NCBI RefSeq assembly: GCF_037042905.1
Contig: NC_087245.1
Location: 32,800,001-32,864,000, forward strand
Reading direction: 5' to 3'
DNA from: Lytechinus pictus
Lineage: Eukaryota
DNA: 64,000 bases
Shown: piece by piece, positions 38,545-52,087 of the stretch
Layout of the letters: every line of letters begins with the position of its first letter
How positions within the stretch are numbered: the stretch's first letter is position 1
Program-made: the position numbers and the translations under genes
The notes under the pieces: model-generated
What the model was told of the DNA's origin: nothing
Databases searched by the model: none
Seen by the model: the letters and a program-made list of their open reading frames with translations, nothing else

Positions 38545-41500
38545 TTAAAACAAATATTAATTTTTTTTTTACTGTACGGTCTTGTAATTTATATCCGGCT
38601 CTACGCGCATGCAAATTTTCGTGGCAATCACGCAATCAGCGGCCGAGATATTGAGGGGAAGGGTCAAATCGAAACCCTCCCCAGTAAAAGCTGGTCTGAA
38701 ATAGTCCATGTAAAATGGGGTTCAGATGGTGATAGTTAGGACGGAAGTCGGGTCCATTACTCTATTTTCAGGAACTTTACAATGCAGTCAGGAGTGTTGA
38801 CAATTCAATCATACAGAATCGTTTCGTGTTTTTTCCTTGTTTATTTCTTTCCATTCTTTGCCGAAAGTAATAATCTTCCAGCGATCGGAAGGCAAATGAA
38901 ATCAAAGAATTCAAACTGGTCAAAATCTGTTCAACTGAAAATTTAGTAGATTATATTTTTTCGTCAAATATTGCACAACTTACCTCTGGCCCTGCTGGCG
39001 TATTTCCAAGCACTATCTTGACCTTTGATCGGAGTTGGTGAGTACATCCTCCAGCATGGCCACTCCTTCGCATTCGAGTTCCATATTCTTTGCTTGCTGT
39101 TGGGCTTGAACCCTGTAGATTTCCGAGCGTTGCTCTCGTGGAAGTCACTCTGTGCTTGCTGCAGATAGAAACATTACGTAAATTTGCGATAAAATTTATA
39201 GTTCTCAGACAATAAAAGTTAACTAATCTAAAATGGCCTTTGACCTTGACCAAATGACCTAAGAGTATACTCATGTAACTGTTGATACCTGATAACCATC
39301 ATATTCAAAATCTAAAGAAGGATTGACGTATGTTTAAAAATCCAAATCCTAGCCTTTGATTAAGATTTTGTAATTGACAACAGTTTAGTGACCCCAAATG
39401 ACATTTGACCTTGGAATTTCGACCCGAAATTATAACCATCAATGTGCTGTAACGATAATCATTGAAATTAAATTTTAAGGAATAGCGACTTAGAATTTCA
39501 AAATGATCTTTAAAATTTGAATCTGCACCATGGTTATTTTTTTTTCATATCCTGTTTTGCTCTTGATCATGTGATGTGAAACGCATGCCAAATAATAAGT
39601 ACCACTTCATCACACTAATGCCCAAGATACATGAAATAGGTCCTAAAACTTTTAAAGCTTTGATTACATTTTAAAAACAAAATGTTGATGACGCCGTGGC
39701 CGTCGTCATCGCTACCGTAGGAAAAAAATCGTGCATACTTTGCTATGCAGGCGAGAAAAAAAGGTCCCATTGGAGGCAGCAAAATTATATGTAAAAAATG
39801 GGAGTACATCATCATCGAATTGAAGGATGAAACAACATTTCAAAGAGTGAGTGTAAAACAGGAGAGGACTATACCTTCAACTTTTTTTAGAAGCTAACTC
39901 CCTCCTCTTCTAAGCCCCATCAATTTCCAGGGATTAAAGCAAAATTTTGTCGTTGTCAGTTACTTAAAACCAGATAAGTAACCATGATTGCCAAGAATAA
40001 TAAAATCTTACCTTGATGATGACTGCTTCATACATGTAGACCACATCAGATTCTCGATCGAACTTCTCCCTGATGATCTACGATGTCTAGAAGCCATCAT
40101 ACAATGGTACTTCAATCTTGATGGGGCCAAAGAGTTCTCGATAACAAGAGAGACCCATTCGGATAACCAATTTCAGCTTGGTTTGACACGGGCATCTCGG
40201 GAAAAGTACTGTATTTACCACTGGTATCTACAATCATAGAATAGAAGTACAGAAAATCATTTAATAATAATAACAACAATATGCAACATTTAAATGCGTT
40301 TTTGCTATTAGCCCTGAATCTTGGGCTATGACTAATACATATCACTATCTCTTCATTCCCCTGGCGTACAAATAGGGGGCTTGTGGCCATTGAACCCCAG
40401 CCCCCCCCCCCCAAAAAAAAAAAAAAAAATAATAATAATAATAATAATAATGAAAATAAAAAATAAGCAAATAATAATAAGTAAAAAATAAATAAAAAAT
40501 GGATTAAAAATGAATAAATATATAAAAATAATAAAATCACGACCAAGAAAACAAAAGAAAAAGAAAAAGAAAAAGGGAAAGAGAGAAGGGTGAAGTATGA
40601 ATTGTCTGAATGAATAATCTCACAATCTATCACAAAATTTGAGTTTTTCAATAAAAAGAAATTTCGAAATTTCGGCCCGATACAACATATCTGGTCCCCT
40701 CAAAATGTTTAGCCCATTACGCCACTGATTCTTCCTGTATTATCTGTCGAGAAGCGAAACAAATTTTAATTAATAGCTAACTTAAATTTATGTAAACATT
40801 GGTAATGGTATACTTGAAAATATTTCATTATGTGTCGATCATAATAAGGAATTTTTTCTTTGTTCTTTAGTTTAGCAGGATGACTTTCTTTCGGATTACA
40901 AACTTATGATTGCACAGCAGTTCCGGAGCAGTTCTTCTGCATTTCTTCAGTGATTATTAAGCTATTGAGTTATGATTATTAAGTATGCCATTTTGTTATT
41001 ACAATTTGCGCTTGAGCAGATAAACAAGGATATTTTTTATCACCGTGATGAGCATAACTGTTTATAATTGGTTTAGATTAGGCTCGTTGTCTAATTTCAA
41101 GAATAATAACAAAGTATTCAGTCATATTTGGTATTTGGCAACGGGTCAAACGATAGACATTCCGTTCAAAACGGACAAAGTAACAGAAGCTTTCCCAATT
41201 GCAAAATATGCGTAACCACAAGTCATGTCGCCTAGTTATTTCGCCTTATTAGAGTTGCATATCGCAGATGAGTACACCAGACAAGCTTATATGACATCTT
41301 CTTAAAAAAACACATTTAATTGACCACCTATCCAATAAAACAAGGAAAGAGGTATAAGCCTATAATGTGGAAAAGGTTGCTCAAGAGCTAATTTCAAAAT
41401 GTTTTTTTTTCTTTCATGACACGAAACTGTTTGAAGATACCATACCTTATGAGTATTGTAGACATTTAGTGATATCCATGCATACTAGTTCTTCTAGATT

Positions 41501-41754
41501 CAGCATACGATGCATGTGAAGTTTTTACTTCTCTTCATTTAAGCGGCTATCAGTCTCTTCCTCCTCTTGAACTGACACGGTTGTAGGTTGTTTGTAGTGA
41601 GCTAGCAATCTGGGACACAAGAGACAAAATGGAGAAACTAAGCAACATCATCATCGTCATCATCATCATCACAAATCATTGTATATTTTTTAGGGGGCTT
41701 TACTATTTGGACATCGTTCTAAAGCTCTTAGAGCTTATGACGATTCCCTCGTGT

Positions 41755-42093
41755 CAGTGGCGTACCTAGGATTTTGCACAGGGGGCAAAACCGTCCGCCA
41801 AAAAATTTGACAAGGAAAAAAAAAAGATCTTCAATCACAAATAAAGGATTTTGTACCAGAAAAAAATTTGACAAGCAAAAACAAATTAAAAAAAAAAAAA
41901 AAAAAAAAAAAGGTCTTCAAGCTCGTCAGAGGGGGCAATAAAGGTCTTCAAGCTCGTCAGGGGGGCAAAAAAGGTCTTTCAAGCTCGTCAGGGGGGGGGC
42001 AGGGATACGTCCTTTGCATGGGTTGTGGCTCGTCAGGGGGGGCAGACTGCCCCCTGCCCCCCTGCCCCCCCCCCCCCCGTAGGTACGCTAGTG
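41755..42093. mobile_element. hAT-like non-autonomous element, 8-bp TSD
   Basis: cagtggcgtaccta ... taggtacgctagtg TIRs. TSD cctcgtgt at 41747-41754 and 42094-42101. Internal caagctcgtcaggggggc repeats. Confidence 0.85.
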
Positions 42094-43743
42094 CCTCGTG
42101 TATATCATATTCTCTGAATGATTATACCAATGACAAATGTTATGTAATGTTGACAATTGTGTACAATACACTGCAAAATGAGTGGATGAACTACGCTGGA
42201 AGTAAAATAGATTACCCCCAACATAGCTATCATAAAATCTAATAAAATGTGTGTAATATGAAAGGGAAGAGTATAGCCTCTGTTTTGCACCTAGTTGCAA
42301 ATTGTGATCAGTCACGCATGGATTATCACAATTCATTAATGCATATTTTTATACCTTTCTGTGATCATTGCAGCGTTATTTTCAATGCTTCAATGATCAT
42401 GACCTACTTCTTATTTTTCCAAGAGATGAGATGATATGCTTACATTTTATAATAAAATTATGATCCTTTCCATTTTGTATATATTTTCACAGGAAATGAA
42501 TTGTAAAAAATATAGTGAAGTGTGAAAAATTAATCAATACCCCTGTACAAAAGTCAATGAAGCAACAGCAGTCCGATGCCCATTTGTTTAAAATCGTTTG
42601 GAACATTTGGAAAATGGTGCAAAACAAAAGCTATGAACACGTACTTTCTTTTCGTTTTTTATGATGTAGGCCTATTCATTTCGACAGGATATGAAATATG
42701 AAAAAATGAATTCAATTGCACCAAAAGTCACCCAAAAAAATCTAAAATCGTTTAAGAAATGCGTAATACCAATTGAAAATGCTAAGAATTTCATATCAAA
42801 TTCAAGCATATCATCTCATCTCTCGGAAGAAAACAATGAAATAAGTTATGTCCTTTCAACTTTAAATGTTGCGCGCTACACTTCAATGATCTATAGCAAA
42901 GTCTGAAAACATGCATAAAAACATTTATGATTCGTAATAATTCATGCAGGATTGATCACCCTTTGCAACTACATATATAATTTATCATATTTTTGATAGC
43001 CGAGTTAGGAATATTTTATTCCTGCAGAGTCTCATTTCTCATTTTGCTTTGTTGTACGTACAGTGCGTATGAATTAAAAAAAAATTCACTTAAAAAAAGT
43101 CCCCGAAAAAAAAGAAGAAAATACAAGCCGGGGATTATTCTTTTCACAAATACTTTTGGACTTTGGTTTCATTTTTCATAATTATGAAAGTATATTTTTT
43201 GACAGAATATTACGCTTGAATGGACACTTTCCACTTTTTAAAGCACGCAGAAAATTTGTTTGAGCATAACTGATGATTTTTCACATCATGGCCAGGGAAA
43301 ATGGTGAAAACGCAAACTGACAGTGCCGGATATTTCTCTCTCTTTTGGGGTAGTTTTAGTACATGTATATGGAAATAAAACTGATGTATTGTAACTTTTT
43401 ATTAATAACTTTTCTACTCGAATGGACATTTAAACCAAATGTAAACAAAACGTTTAGACTGTTTACATCCTCTAGATTTGAGGACATGAAATGAAACACA
43501 CCAAAGTTAACAAGCTAAACATCTCCAGCATTTTCTGTATGAATTTTTGTTAGTTAAAAGGGGCTTACATTTCATACTTGTTTCTATATACATTATCAAT
43601 ATCTCTACTATCATCCTCCTCATCATTATTATCATCACCATCATTATCTACTGTATAATCATTCTCATCACCATCCTCATCATCATGCATCACCATCGCC
43701 ACCATCATCATTATCATCATTGTCATCAGCAGCAGCAGCGGCA

Positions 43744-43926
43744 CACTTTCAAAAATGTTGGGCAACATACTGTCCACACCACAATTGGTTAAAACTTTAT
43801 CCAATTATGGGTAGTTTTAAACCAATAATGTGTGCTTTGGGTGAAAACTACACAGTATTGGTTGAAAACTACCCAGAGTTAGATCAATTGTTGTGCGGAC
43901 AGTATTTGCCCAACATATAAAGAGTG
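43744..43926. mobile_element. CACT-terminus MITE inserted in a CAT/CAG microsatellite
   Basis: ca|cactttcaaaaatgttgggcaa ... ttgcccaacatataaagagtg|ca. Related to 57102-57295 and 59047-59238. Confidence 0.7.
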
Positions 43927-44065
43927 CAGCGGCAACATCACTATGCTCACATCACCACCTCACTATTTCTAATATCATCATTTTCACTTACCAAAGTCAA
44001 AGACGGTCCAATGATAAAGAGTCTCAGCATGTGGGTATGGAATTCAATCTTGATCCTGTAGGACG

Positions 44066-44322
44066 TACATGTACAACCGACTTCACTGCTACTGACCTCT
44101 TGGTCGCCTTCTTGGATGTCGACGACTTTTCTTCGTTGGTGTCTTTTCTTCTTTTTCTTCTCAGTAGTCTTCTTTACCGGCTTCTTCACTGTCTTTGGTG
44201 CTGCTTTTGTCTTCTTAGATGCGGCTGCCTTCTGTTTCTTCTCCTGAAGGTGATTTTTTCTGGGTTGCAGCTTTTGTCTTGGCCTTCTCCTTATCAATCT
44301 CCTTCTTGGCCTTCTCCGCTGC
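44066..44322 (-). pseudogene. histone H1 C-terminal tail fragment (orphon-like pseudogene)
   Basis: AAEKAKKEIDKEKAKTKAATQKK / QEKKQKAAASKKTKAAPKTVKKPVKKTTEKKKKK / KTPTKK with frameshifts. From memory this resembles the sea urchin early H1 tail (...KKPVKKTTEKKEKKKTPKK). No globular domain is present. Confidence 0.7.
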
Positions 44323-46136
44323 CCTTCGGACATCAGACCATCACGACATACTTGAGGGCGGGCTTCACCGTCGGGTTATGACAAACAGAAGCCAGGACGA
44401 TGCTGGTCACAAAGGTGACCAACCCTTCAAAGATATAAATGTAAAACAAATTTTGAATCGCATGTTTAGTTGGCTAAGCCATCCAATCAATACATGAAGT
44501 TACGATCTCACGGAATCGGACGGAAACTAATAACTCTCAAGTGTTAGTTTCCATGAAGAATGCCGTACCATTAGGTTGATTACCCAGGAACAAATCTTGT
44601 CAAAAATAACTAATACAAAATAGGTAAAAATTTATTTTACTGCCGTGAAATGGTATGCAATAGTCTGATTACTCCTCCTATACTGCCTCACATGGCAAGT
44701 ATACATTATCTCACTTTCCCTGGGCAAGTCTGTGATTTGTTAACTAAATTAGCCGAGCCTCCCCCCCCCCCCCCATGTAGTTATATTACCACTATTTTAA
44801 GTACTTACCACGACAAGAACTGTCAGCATATTATAATGATTTCTACTGACTTCATGAGTATTATTCTTTGCAAATTGTAGATGGAAGATTCTTACCCTTA
44901 CTGAGCATGCTGAGTGTACTTCAAACTCCCACTGGAATGCCATGCATCTTTTCACGATGCGTCCTTTTCTTTGGCTGGAAGTATTGCCCTCAGCGTTCCT
45001 TGGAAGGACTTGTCGGGTGTTTTCTCCGACAAATCCTGTTGTATCCGGCGGTTACCATAGTAACATTGCATCTCAGCCAATCAAATGCTAGGAAAGTTGT
45101 CAAATCTGACAACCAATCGGAAGACAAATGTTAATGGAACTCTCCCCGGCCTAGGGAGCGTTTCATCAACATTTGTTGTCCGACAAGTAGTCAGTTCTGA
45201 CAACTTTCCTTGATGTTGATTGGCTGAGAAGAACAGTTGAACTGAGTTCCTTATAGGTAACTGTCGGATAAAGCAAGACTTGTCTGATAAAACGTCATAA
45301 ACGCATCTCAGGTCCCTTGAACTATCAGTATAGTGATCCCAGGAATGTCCTCTGCCATCTACAAAAGAAACAAATATTGAAATGGCTAAACAACACAAAG
45401 CAAGTACTAAGAATTCACTAAATCTCTTAATCAGTCGGCCATAAACATACCCAAATTTTTTTTTATCCTAATCCTAAAACTTTTTTTTATATTTTAACTT
45501 TTCTTATTTTATTTTTTTAATAACTTCCATTCTAGATTTATCGATTTATTTATCTACCTATTTTATCTATCTATCGCTCTATCTGTCTATCTATGTATCT
45601 ACCTATTTATATATTTACATGCAAGTGTTCAAGTAGTCAACTACATACAGTGTACAGGAATTACATCATTGCAAAAAGAGATGGTCGTTGCTGGAAGTCA
45701 CAACTTCCTAGCTTTACCATCAGAACATGAATACTTAAATTATCACGTCATTTTTTTGAGAGATGAGATGATATGCTTTTACTTGATATGCAATTCTTAG
45801 TATTTCAAACGGCATTACGCATTTCACAAACAATTTTAAACGAATGAATATCTGACTGCATGCTAACACCTCGTTGACTTTTGTACAGGATTGCAATTGG
45901 ATTAATTTGACCACTAGGTCAAATTAATGAACAGCTTCTTGACGAAATTACTTTTACCCTGAATTAGGCCAGTATTAATTCTTTAACTCTTTTATTATGG
46001 GTGTCCTAAATATTAGTGAATAAAGAGACTTTAATAGGAGGAAATCATAATTTGATAACATTTTTTCGGCATTACTCCTATGTGTTTAAGATCGCATGCT
46101 CGATCTGTAATGAAAATCATAAGTCAGAAAAAAATT

Positions 46137-46208
46137 GGAACCAGTGGGATTCGAACCTGTCATCTCCTGCTTTCCGGGCAGCGACTCAACCACCGGCTAT
46201 TCTGGTTC
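46137..46208 (-). pseudogene. tRNA-like sequence (pseudo-tRNA or SINE head)
   Basis: GAACCAG...CTGGTTC acceptor-like stem, GGTTCGAATCC B box and CTGC/GCAG anticodon-like stem. The T-stem and D-arm are imperfect. Confidence 0.55.
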
Positions 46209-46329
46209 ATGGCTAAGTCACGATGATCTGGAACACAAATGCCCTCGATCCTCTCTCTTCTTTCTGACTCATTATGATCTAACTAAAATCGGTATTTGAA
46301 AAATTAGAAATAAATAACTTCGTTGATCA

Positions 46330-48230
46330 TTTGCCGAAGTTTTGTTAGGGACCTATTCTTAATTCCCCAACATGTATAACTGAAAGTACAGCTTACGAAA
46401 CGTTGCATCTTATTTTGAGTCAGATATACTTTTGAACGATATAAGTGATCACATTACTGTTTTTTTCTTCAACTTTTCCAAAATTTTCATAATGAAAATG
46501 GGATCCCCTTAAAATATAAGAGCAGTTTTTACATTATCAAATATGCAATCCTTTTTTTTTCGAAATTGAATAACACTGAATGGAAATTCATAGTAAATTA
46601 GGACGTTAACGAGATGTACAGGACATTTTTGGATACATTTCAAAATAATCATAATGAATGTTTTCTAATAAAATCTTTTAATTGCAATAGGAGGAACAGG
46701 AGTCCATAGTTAACACAGGATCTACGCAAACTTTGTATAAAAAAACGACAACTGTAGCAAATACATATATAATCCAACTAATGTCTTTAAAGCAGCTTAT
46801 AGGAGATTTCAGAATTGTGTTACAAATAAGCTTAGACAAGCTTAAAGAGAATTATATATTTTTTTTTATTACACAAATGGAAGTATTAAACCAACATGGA
46901 GAATTATAAATGATCTTTTGAATAAAAAAAATTGTTAAGAACATAATAATGTAGATTCTCTCCAAGTTGGAGATGAAATTATCACAAATAAAGTAAAGAG
47001 TATTGCTCATATTCTATTAATGACTTTGTGTTTAGTGTTTGACTGAAATTGCAAAAATCAAAATATAAATTCTACAAATAATATCTCCTTTGACACTTAT
47101 CCAAAAATGTCAAATAATCACTCTATTTTTCTTCAACTTACAACCAAAGGTAAAATAATATCAATATTACATGAAATGAAAAATGATACCAACTCCGGCA
47201 TAAACTATATAAATTTATATATCAAAGTTGTAAAAAACTATTTTATGTTAGAAGTGAACCCTTATTATTTATTTTAAAATGGTTGCGTTTAGTAATGGTG
47301 TCTTCCAACCAAAAATTATAGTTGCACGTGTTACACCTATTCATATGAAAGGGAATACATATAATGATTTTCGGCCAATATCCGTATTACCAATTTTTCC
47401 AAAATAGTAGAAAAATTTTATTTTAAAGATTAGAGGATTTTTTTAGACAAACGCAATATTGTACCTAAAAATCAATTTGGATTAAGGCATGGTCACTCAA
47501 CAGCGACAGTAATACTTGATCTAATTCATGAAATCAATGATGCAATAAAGAAAAAAGAAATTTGCATTAACTATTTTTATATTAACTAACGCCTTTGATG
47601 TTATAGATCATTCAATTAAAAAAAAAATAGACTATCATATGGTCGAAGGGGCACCCCACTATGACTCTTTACTAGCTATCTCTCTTACCGTAAGCAATTA
47701 ACAGTAATTAATGGCACTAGAAGAAATTGAATATGGCGTGCCACAAGTTTCCATCCTCTTTTACTTTATATTACTGATTTACCATATTCCACTCAAAATT
47801 TGCAATTTATTCTGTTCGCCAGAGATACAAGTATTTTCTGTAATGACTCGGTTCCCGCAAATTTATTAAGGCACAAAATTATCAACTTGGGAAAATAAGT
47901 TCTTGGATGGAAGTAAATAAACTAATAAAAAACATGTAATGTATTGTTTGGCACTCGAACCACCAACATTAATGTTAATGTTGAAGTATAGAATATAGAA
48001 ATATGAAAATAGAGAGGGTTTACTGTACTAAATGTTTATAGGTATTCTTACAGATGATAAACTGTCCTGGAACAACCATATACATATCCTTTGTAAAACA
48101 GTGTACAAAGTAATGGTCTTTGGTATAAACTTCAGTTTCTTCCCAAAAAAATATTAGAACCATACAATTCCCTTATATCGTCTGACATAAATCTTTTTTT
48201 TATTTTTTGGGTGGGGGCTTCACAGTAAAA
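46330..48230 (+). mobile_element. decayed CR1/Jockey-group LINE (APE end + reverse transcriptase)
   Basis: Fragments in order: ISDH, FRPISVLPIF, QFGLRHGHSTATVILDLIHEINDAI, AFDVIDHS, YGVPQ, LFARDTSI, DDKLSWNNHI. Many frameshifts. Confidence 0.9.
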
Positions 48231-48386
48231 TCAAATATTGTTAGGATTCTAAAGGTCAGTTCCATAAAATATGTAGGATGGGGGGTCGGGTGTCCGGACA
48301 CTTTATATTTTTGGCAAAAAGAAGCTGCTGAAAACTGCTTATCTAATAAAAGAGAGCCAATGGAGTAAATTAGAAAGTCAAAAGGG

Positions 48387-48425
48387 GCCTAAGCTTTCGA
48401 TCCTAGCAGAATCTTCGTCGGAGGC
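48387..48425 (-). ncRNA. minimal type-I hammerhead ribozyme-like motif with variant core
   Basis: Minus strand GCC-T-CCGACGA-A-GATTC-TGCTA-GGATC-GAAA-GCTT-A-GGC: stem I GCC/GGC, 5-bp stem II, palindromic AAGCTT stem III. The core reads CCGA instead of CUGA. Confidence 0.65.
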
Positions 48426-50855
48426 AAAATGACCTTTATATTTTTTAACTTTATATTTTTGAAGCCTTCTTTTTTGTCTCTGGATTACACTAAAAATATG
48501 AATTCAATACTTGTAATCATCTTCTATTTTGTTCTTTATTTTGTTCCAAATGACTTTCTAAAATTGATCGTCCGGACACACAACCTGTCCGGACACACAA
48601 CAACTGGGTATACATCAGACCCCCTACGTGGGACCTTCATGAAATTTTCTGTCTCTGATTTCTTGTTCTTTTGACAGTACATGTACCGGGTATGTAATGT
48701 TATCAAAGGACCATGACAGAAAATGGGAATCGGACGTACAAAAAAGGTTGATCGTTTATGGAATTGCCTTAAAATTAAAACAAATATCTTTAGTAGGAGT
48801 ATCATGAAATGCATATAATTTGCTTGTTGGAAATGATCATCAGAATACATAACACTAGATTAAACTAAAGATGCCTTAAAATGAAAATATGATTACAAAA
48901 TTCAAAATATGTAGACAAAATATGAAAGGGACTACAGAAGATTGGAAAACATGTACTTCATGTACTATCATTATATCTCTTGAAAAGATATTGTCTAATT
49001 CCTTTCGATTAACTTGTTGTAAAGATGTATGAAATTATTTTATCTTGATGGAAATAAATGAATTGAATCAAACATTTAATTTCTTGTCAAAATGAATGAA
49101 ATATTTGAAAAACACTTCAACAAATCCCCTCTTGAATAAACACACAAATATGACGGAATAAGTAAATGAATTTTGGTATTATCAAACTTTTCATCGTTAT
49201 AAAGGTAAAAATGTATATTACTAGGCATGTTAGATGATTTTAAAAGCCTTTTTCCAAACGTTTTTTTTTCTTCAATTTTTATCTAATGGATGGGACCCAT
49301 GGGCATGGAACTCTTGCCGATGAACGCAATACATGTAAGCATATGGTAATAATTGCTCTAGTGTTTCCGGTCACTTTATTTTGCACTTTTTGTAGCTCTA
49401 AATAATGATTTTTGGTGCAATTTATTAGAGTTCAGAAACAGGTGATAAAAAGGACCTTGCGGATCAGATTTTTAAAGTAAAATCAATGCTGGTTAATTTT
49501 GCGAAACGCCATTGATTAAGTTTGCTTCGGCGCCATTGGTGCTTTACTCGTCATTGGCAAACAGCTATTTCTCTGAACCATTCCCAAAGTTTTAAACATT
49601 CTTTGCACATTTAGATACTCGTTTCACTTACCGTGGTCGTTATCATCAATCTTTGAAATCATATCCGAAATCAATTCCGGTATCCATTATTGATTATTCC
49701 TCAAATACGCAGAAATATCAGGAAAAAGAAGATGTCTTTTTATTTTGAACACGACGTATCCGCTGTGTATTAAATTCATTCATTGTATGTACGGCTTACA
49801 TTCCTATCTCGTACGTCCCATCAGCTTTTTAAATGTCCCGCTATTGTGTGCTGGTTTAATCACATTGCGTTACAATGGACCTATTATTCTAGATGGACAT
49901 TCGGCGTTTTGTTGATGGATTCACAGTGATTGCCTCCATCGATGTCGTTCCAATAAATTAAATAAGCCCACAATGTCAGGATGTAGAAATAAATAAAAAA
50001 TTGATCAAAGAATGAATATGTTATAAATTCCAATTCTTATCAAGAATTGAGATAAGTCATTGAACTGTGTAAGTAAAACATTAAATTAGATAAATCACAG
50101 GGCAAGATTATAATAACCAACTTGTCAAATTGATTTGAATAAATTTAAGATAATATGTCCCAATAGAAAGTACTCTATCCAATATTCAAGATAATAATCG
50201 GCTTTACTAAATATTGAACTCATTCACATCTTGTTTGTACAAGAAATCATTAAAATGCAGAAGAGCTGAATTACCTTATAATATTCCTTTTAAGCTGGTT
50301 TATTAAGTATATAAAACAATATAAAAGGGGGTCTTCTATAGCGGGGTAGGGCAATGGAATATCAAAGATGCAATCGAATGTTTCAAAGACATCTTGACGT
50401 TTTATACAAAATTTACGTAATGAAATATTCATAGCAGTTCATTTTGGGATGAAGGTATGATAAGGTTGATTTCCTTGAACACTTTTAACCTCAGCCAATA
50501 AGAATTAAGTACTTTACATCAGTGCGAATCGCAACAAAAATCGCTTCCAGAAACGCCTCCCTGACACATTATCGCAAATATCATTCAACCCAATCATGCC
50601 AATAGCCCCATCTCAAGTCCTAAACTACTCATAATCTGGTCAGGTGCATTACCCATAATGCAATTTTCTGACCTGTGTAGTCCTGTGATATAGGCCCACT
50701 TGAATGGTAAAACATTAATTCACTGATCAATGCATTCATATCGCAATCATTTTGTTATCAAGTAGTAAAACATGTACATTTCCTTTCATAAAATTTTAGT
50801 TTATATATACACAAATAAAAATATAGGCTATTTTTTCAACTGTATTATCAATAGT

Positions 50856-52087
50856 CAGTGATGTTTATCCGGGGGGGAGGGTCGGGGGCACATTGCCCCC
50901 TACTTTTTGAAGCACTGAAAAGGTCCCTTTTTTACATAAGAAAAATGCCCCCTTACGAACGTGTACTGTGCCATTTTCATCCGAAGACGACCCGTTTTCG
51001 GTGTTACCAAGTGCCTTTTCTCGTATAAGTGCCAATTTTCTTTCTAAAAATGCCCCCTCACGGACATGTTCTGTGCCCTTTACATCTGAGAAGGACCCTT
51101 TTTATGTGTTAGCAAGTTCCATATCTCGTATCAGTGCCAAATTTTACCCCAAATCCCCCTCACGAACGTGTTCTGTGCCCCTTTCACCTGAAAAGGACCC
51201 GTTTTATGCCATTAGCAAGTGCCCTTTATATTCTAGTATCAGCGCCACGTTTTACCCAAGAAATTTGCCCCTCACGAACGTGTTCTGTGCCCCTTTCACC
51301 TGAGTAGGACCCGTTTTATGTCTGAGCAAGTGCTCCCCTCCCTTGCCTTTTGTAAGTGCCCTTTCTCAAATCAGCGAGTGCCCATTTTTACCCAAGAAAA
51401 ATGCCCCTCACTAACATGTCCTGTGGCCCTTTCACCTGAGAAGGATCCGTTTTATGTCTAAGCAAGTGCTCCTTTGCCTTCTTATGTAGGTGCCATTTCT
51501 CGTATCAGTGCCCTTTTTACACAAGAAAAGTGCTCCCACGAACGTATTATGTGCCTCTTTCACCTGAAAAGGACCTGTTATATGTGAACGAGTGCCCCTT
51601 TGCCTTCTCATGGGTGCCTGTTCTTCATATCAGATAAGTTGTCCTGAAAAAAAATTATTTTTGTGCTCTATGAGCGCCCGGTTTCTTCTGCAAGTGCACA
51701 ATGAATGAAAAAAACTTGCAAAAACAATCCCACGTGCCTAAGTTTCATGAGTCATGTGAGTGGGGTAGATAAGTCATTCTTTCTTTGTTTTAAAATCATG
51801 GCCGTACGCCCGAAATTTTGAAAACTCACATTATCATACTGCAGATTTTTACAAAAAAAATTAAAAGTATGCACAAAATCCATCAATTTCATTTAACAAA
51901 ATGCAAAAGCTCCCTCGTTTTTTAATTTTTTTTCCCCAAAAAGTTTACGCGCACTAGCTGCCCCCCCCCCCCACCCCGCGAAAAATTATGTCTACGGCCA
52001 TGTCTACGATAGTGCCCTTTCTGAAAGAAAAGGTGCCCTTTTTTCGCTGTGCCCCCCACCACTTTCAACTTCGCTCCGCCGCCCCTG
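50856..52087. mobile_element. CAG...CTG-terminus element with ~105-135-bp internal tandem array
   Basis: Six units of gcccctcacgaacgtgttctgtgccctttcacctgagaaggacccgttttatg (50945-51620). Ends ccgccgcccctg. Confidence 0.6.

Larger units (their letters stand above)
37210..45358 (-). pseudogene. multi-exon minus-strand decayed gene or lncRNA (exon candidates 45358-44896, 41609-41446, 40227-40012, 39158-38984, 37331-37210)
   Basis: Each block has a pyrimidine tract + YAG acceptor, and the internal blocks have GTAAG/GTATG donors and coding-like composition. The blocks contain in-frame stops and MITE insertions. Product unrecognised. Confidence 0.5.

Noticed and set aside
43893..44381. 162-aa hydrophobic + strand ORF
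   Set aside because: It is the antisense of the Lys-rich H1 fragment plus MITE and microsatellite sequence.
46137..46208. Functional tRNA gene
   Set aside because: The T-stem does not pair fully, the D-arm is poor, and the anticodon loop lacks U33.
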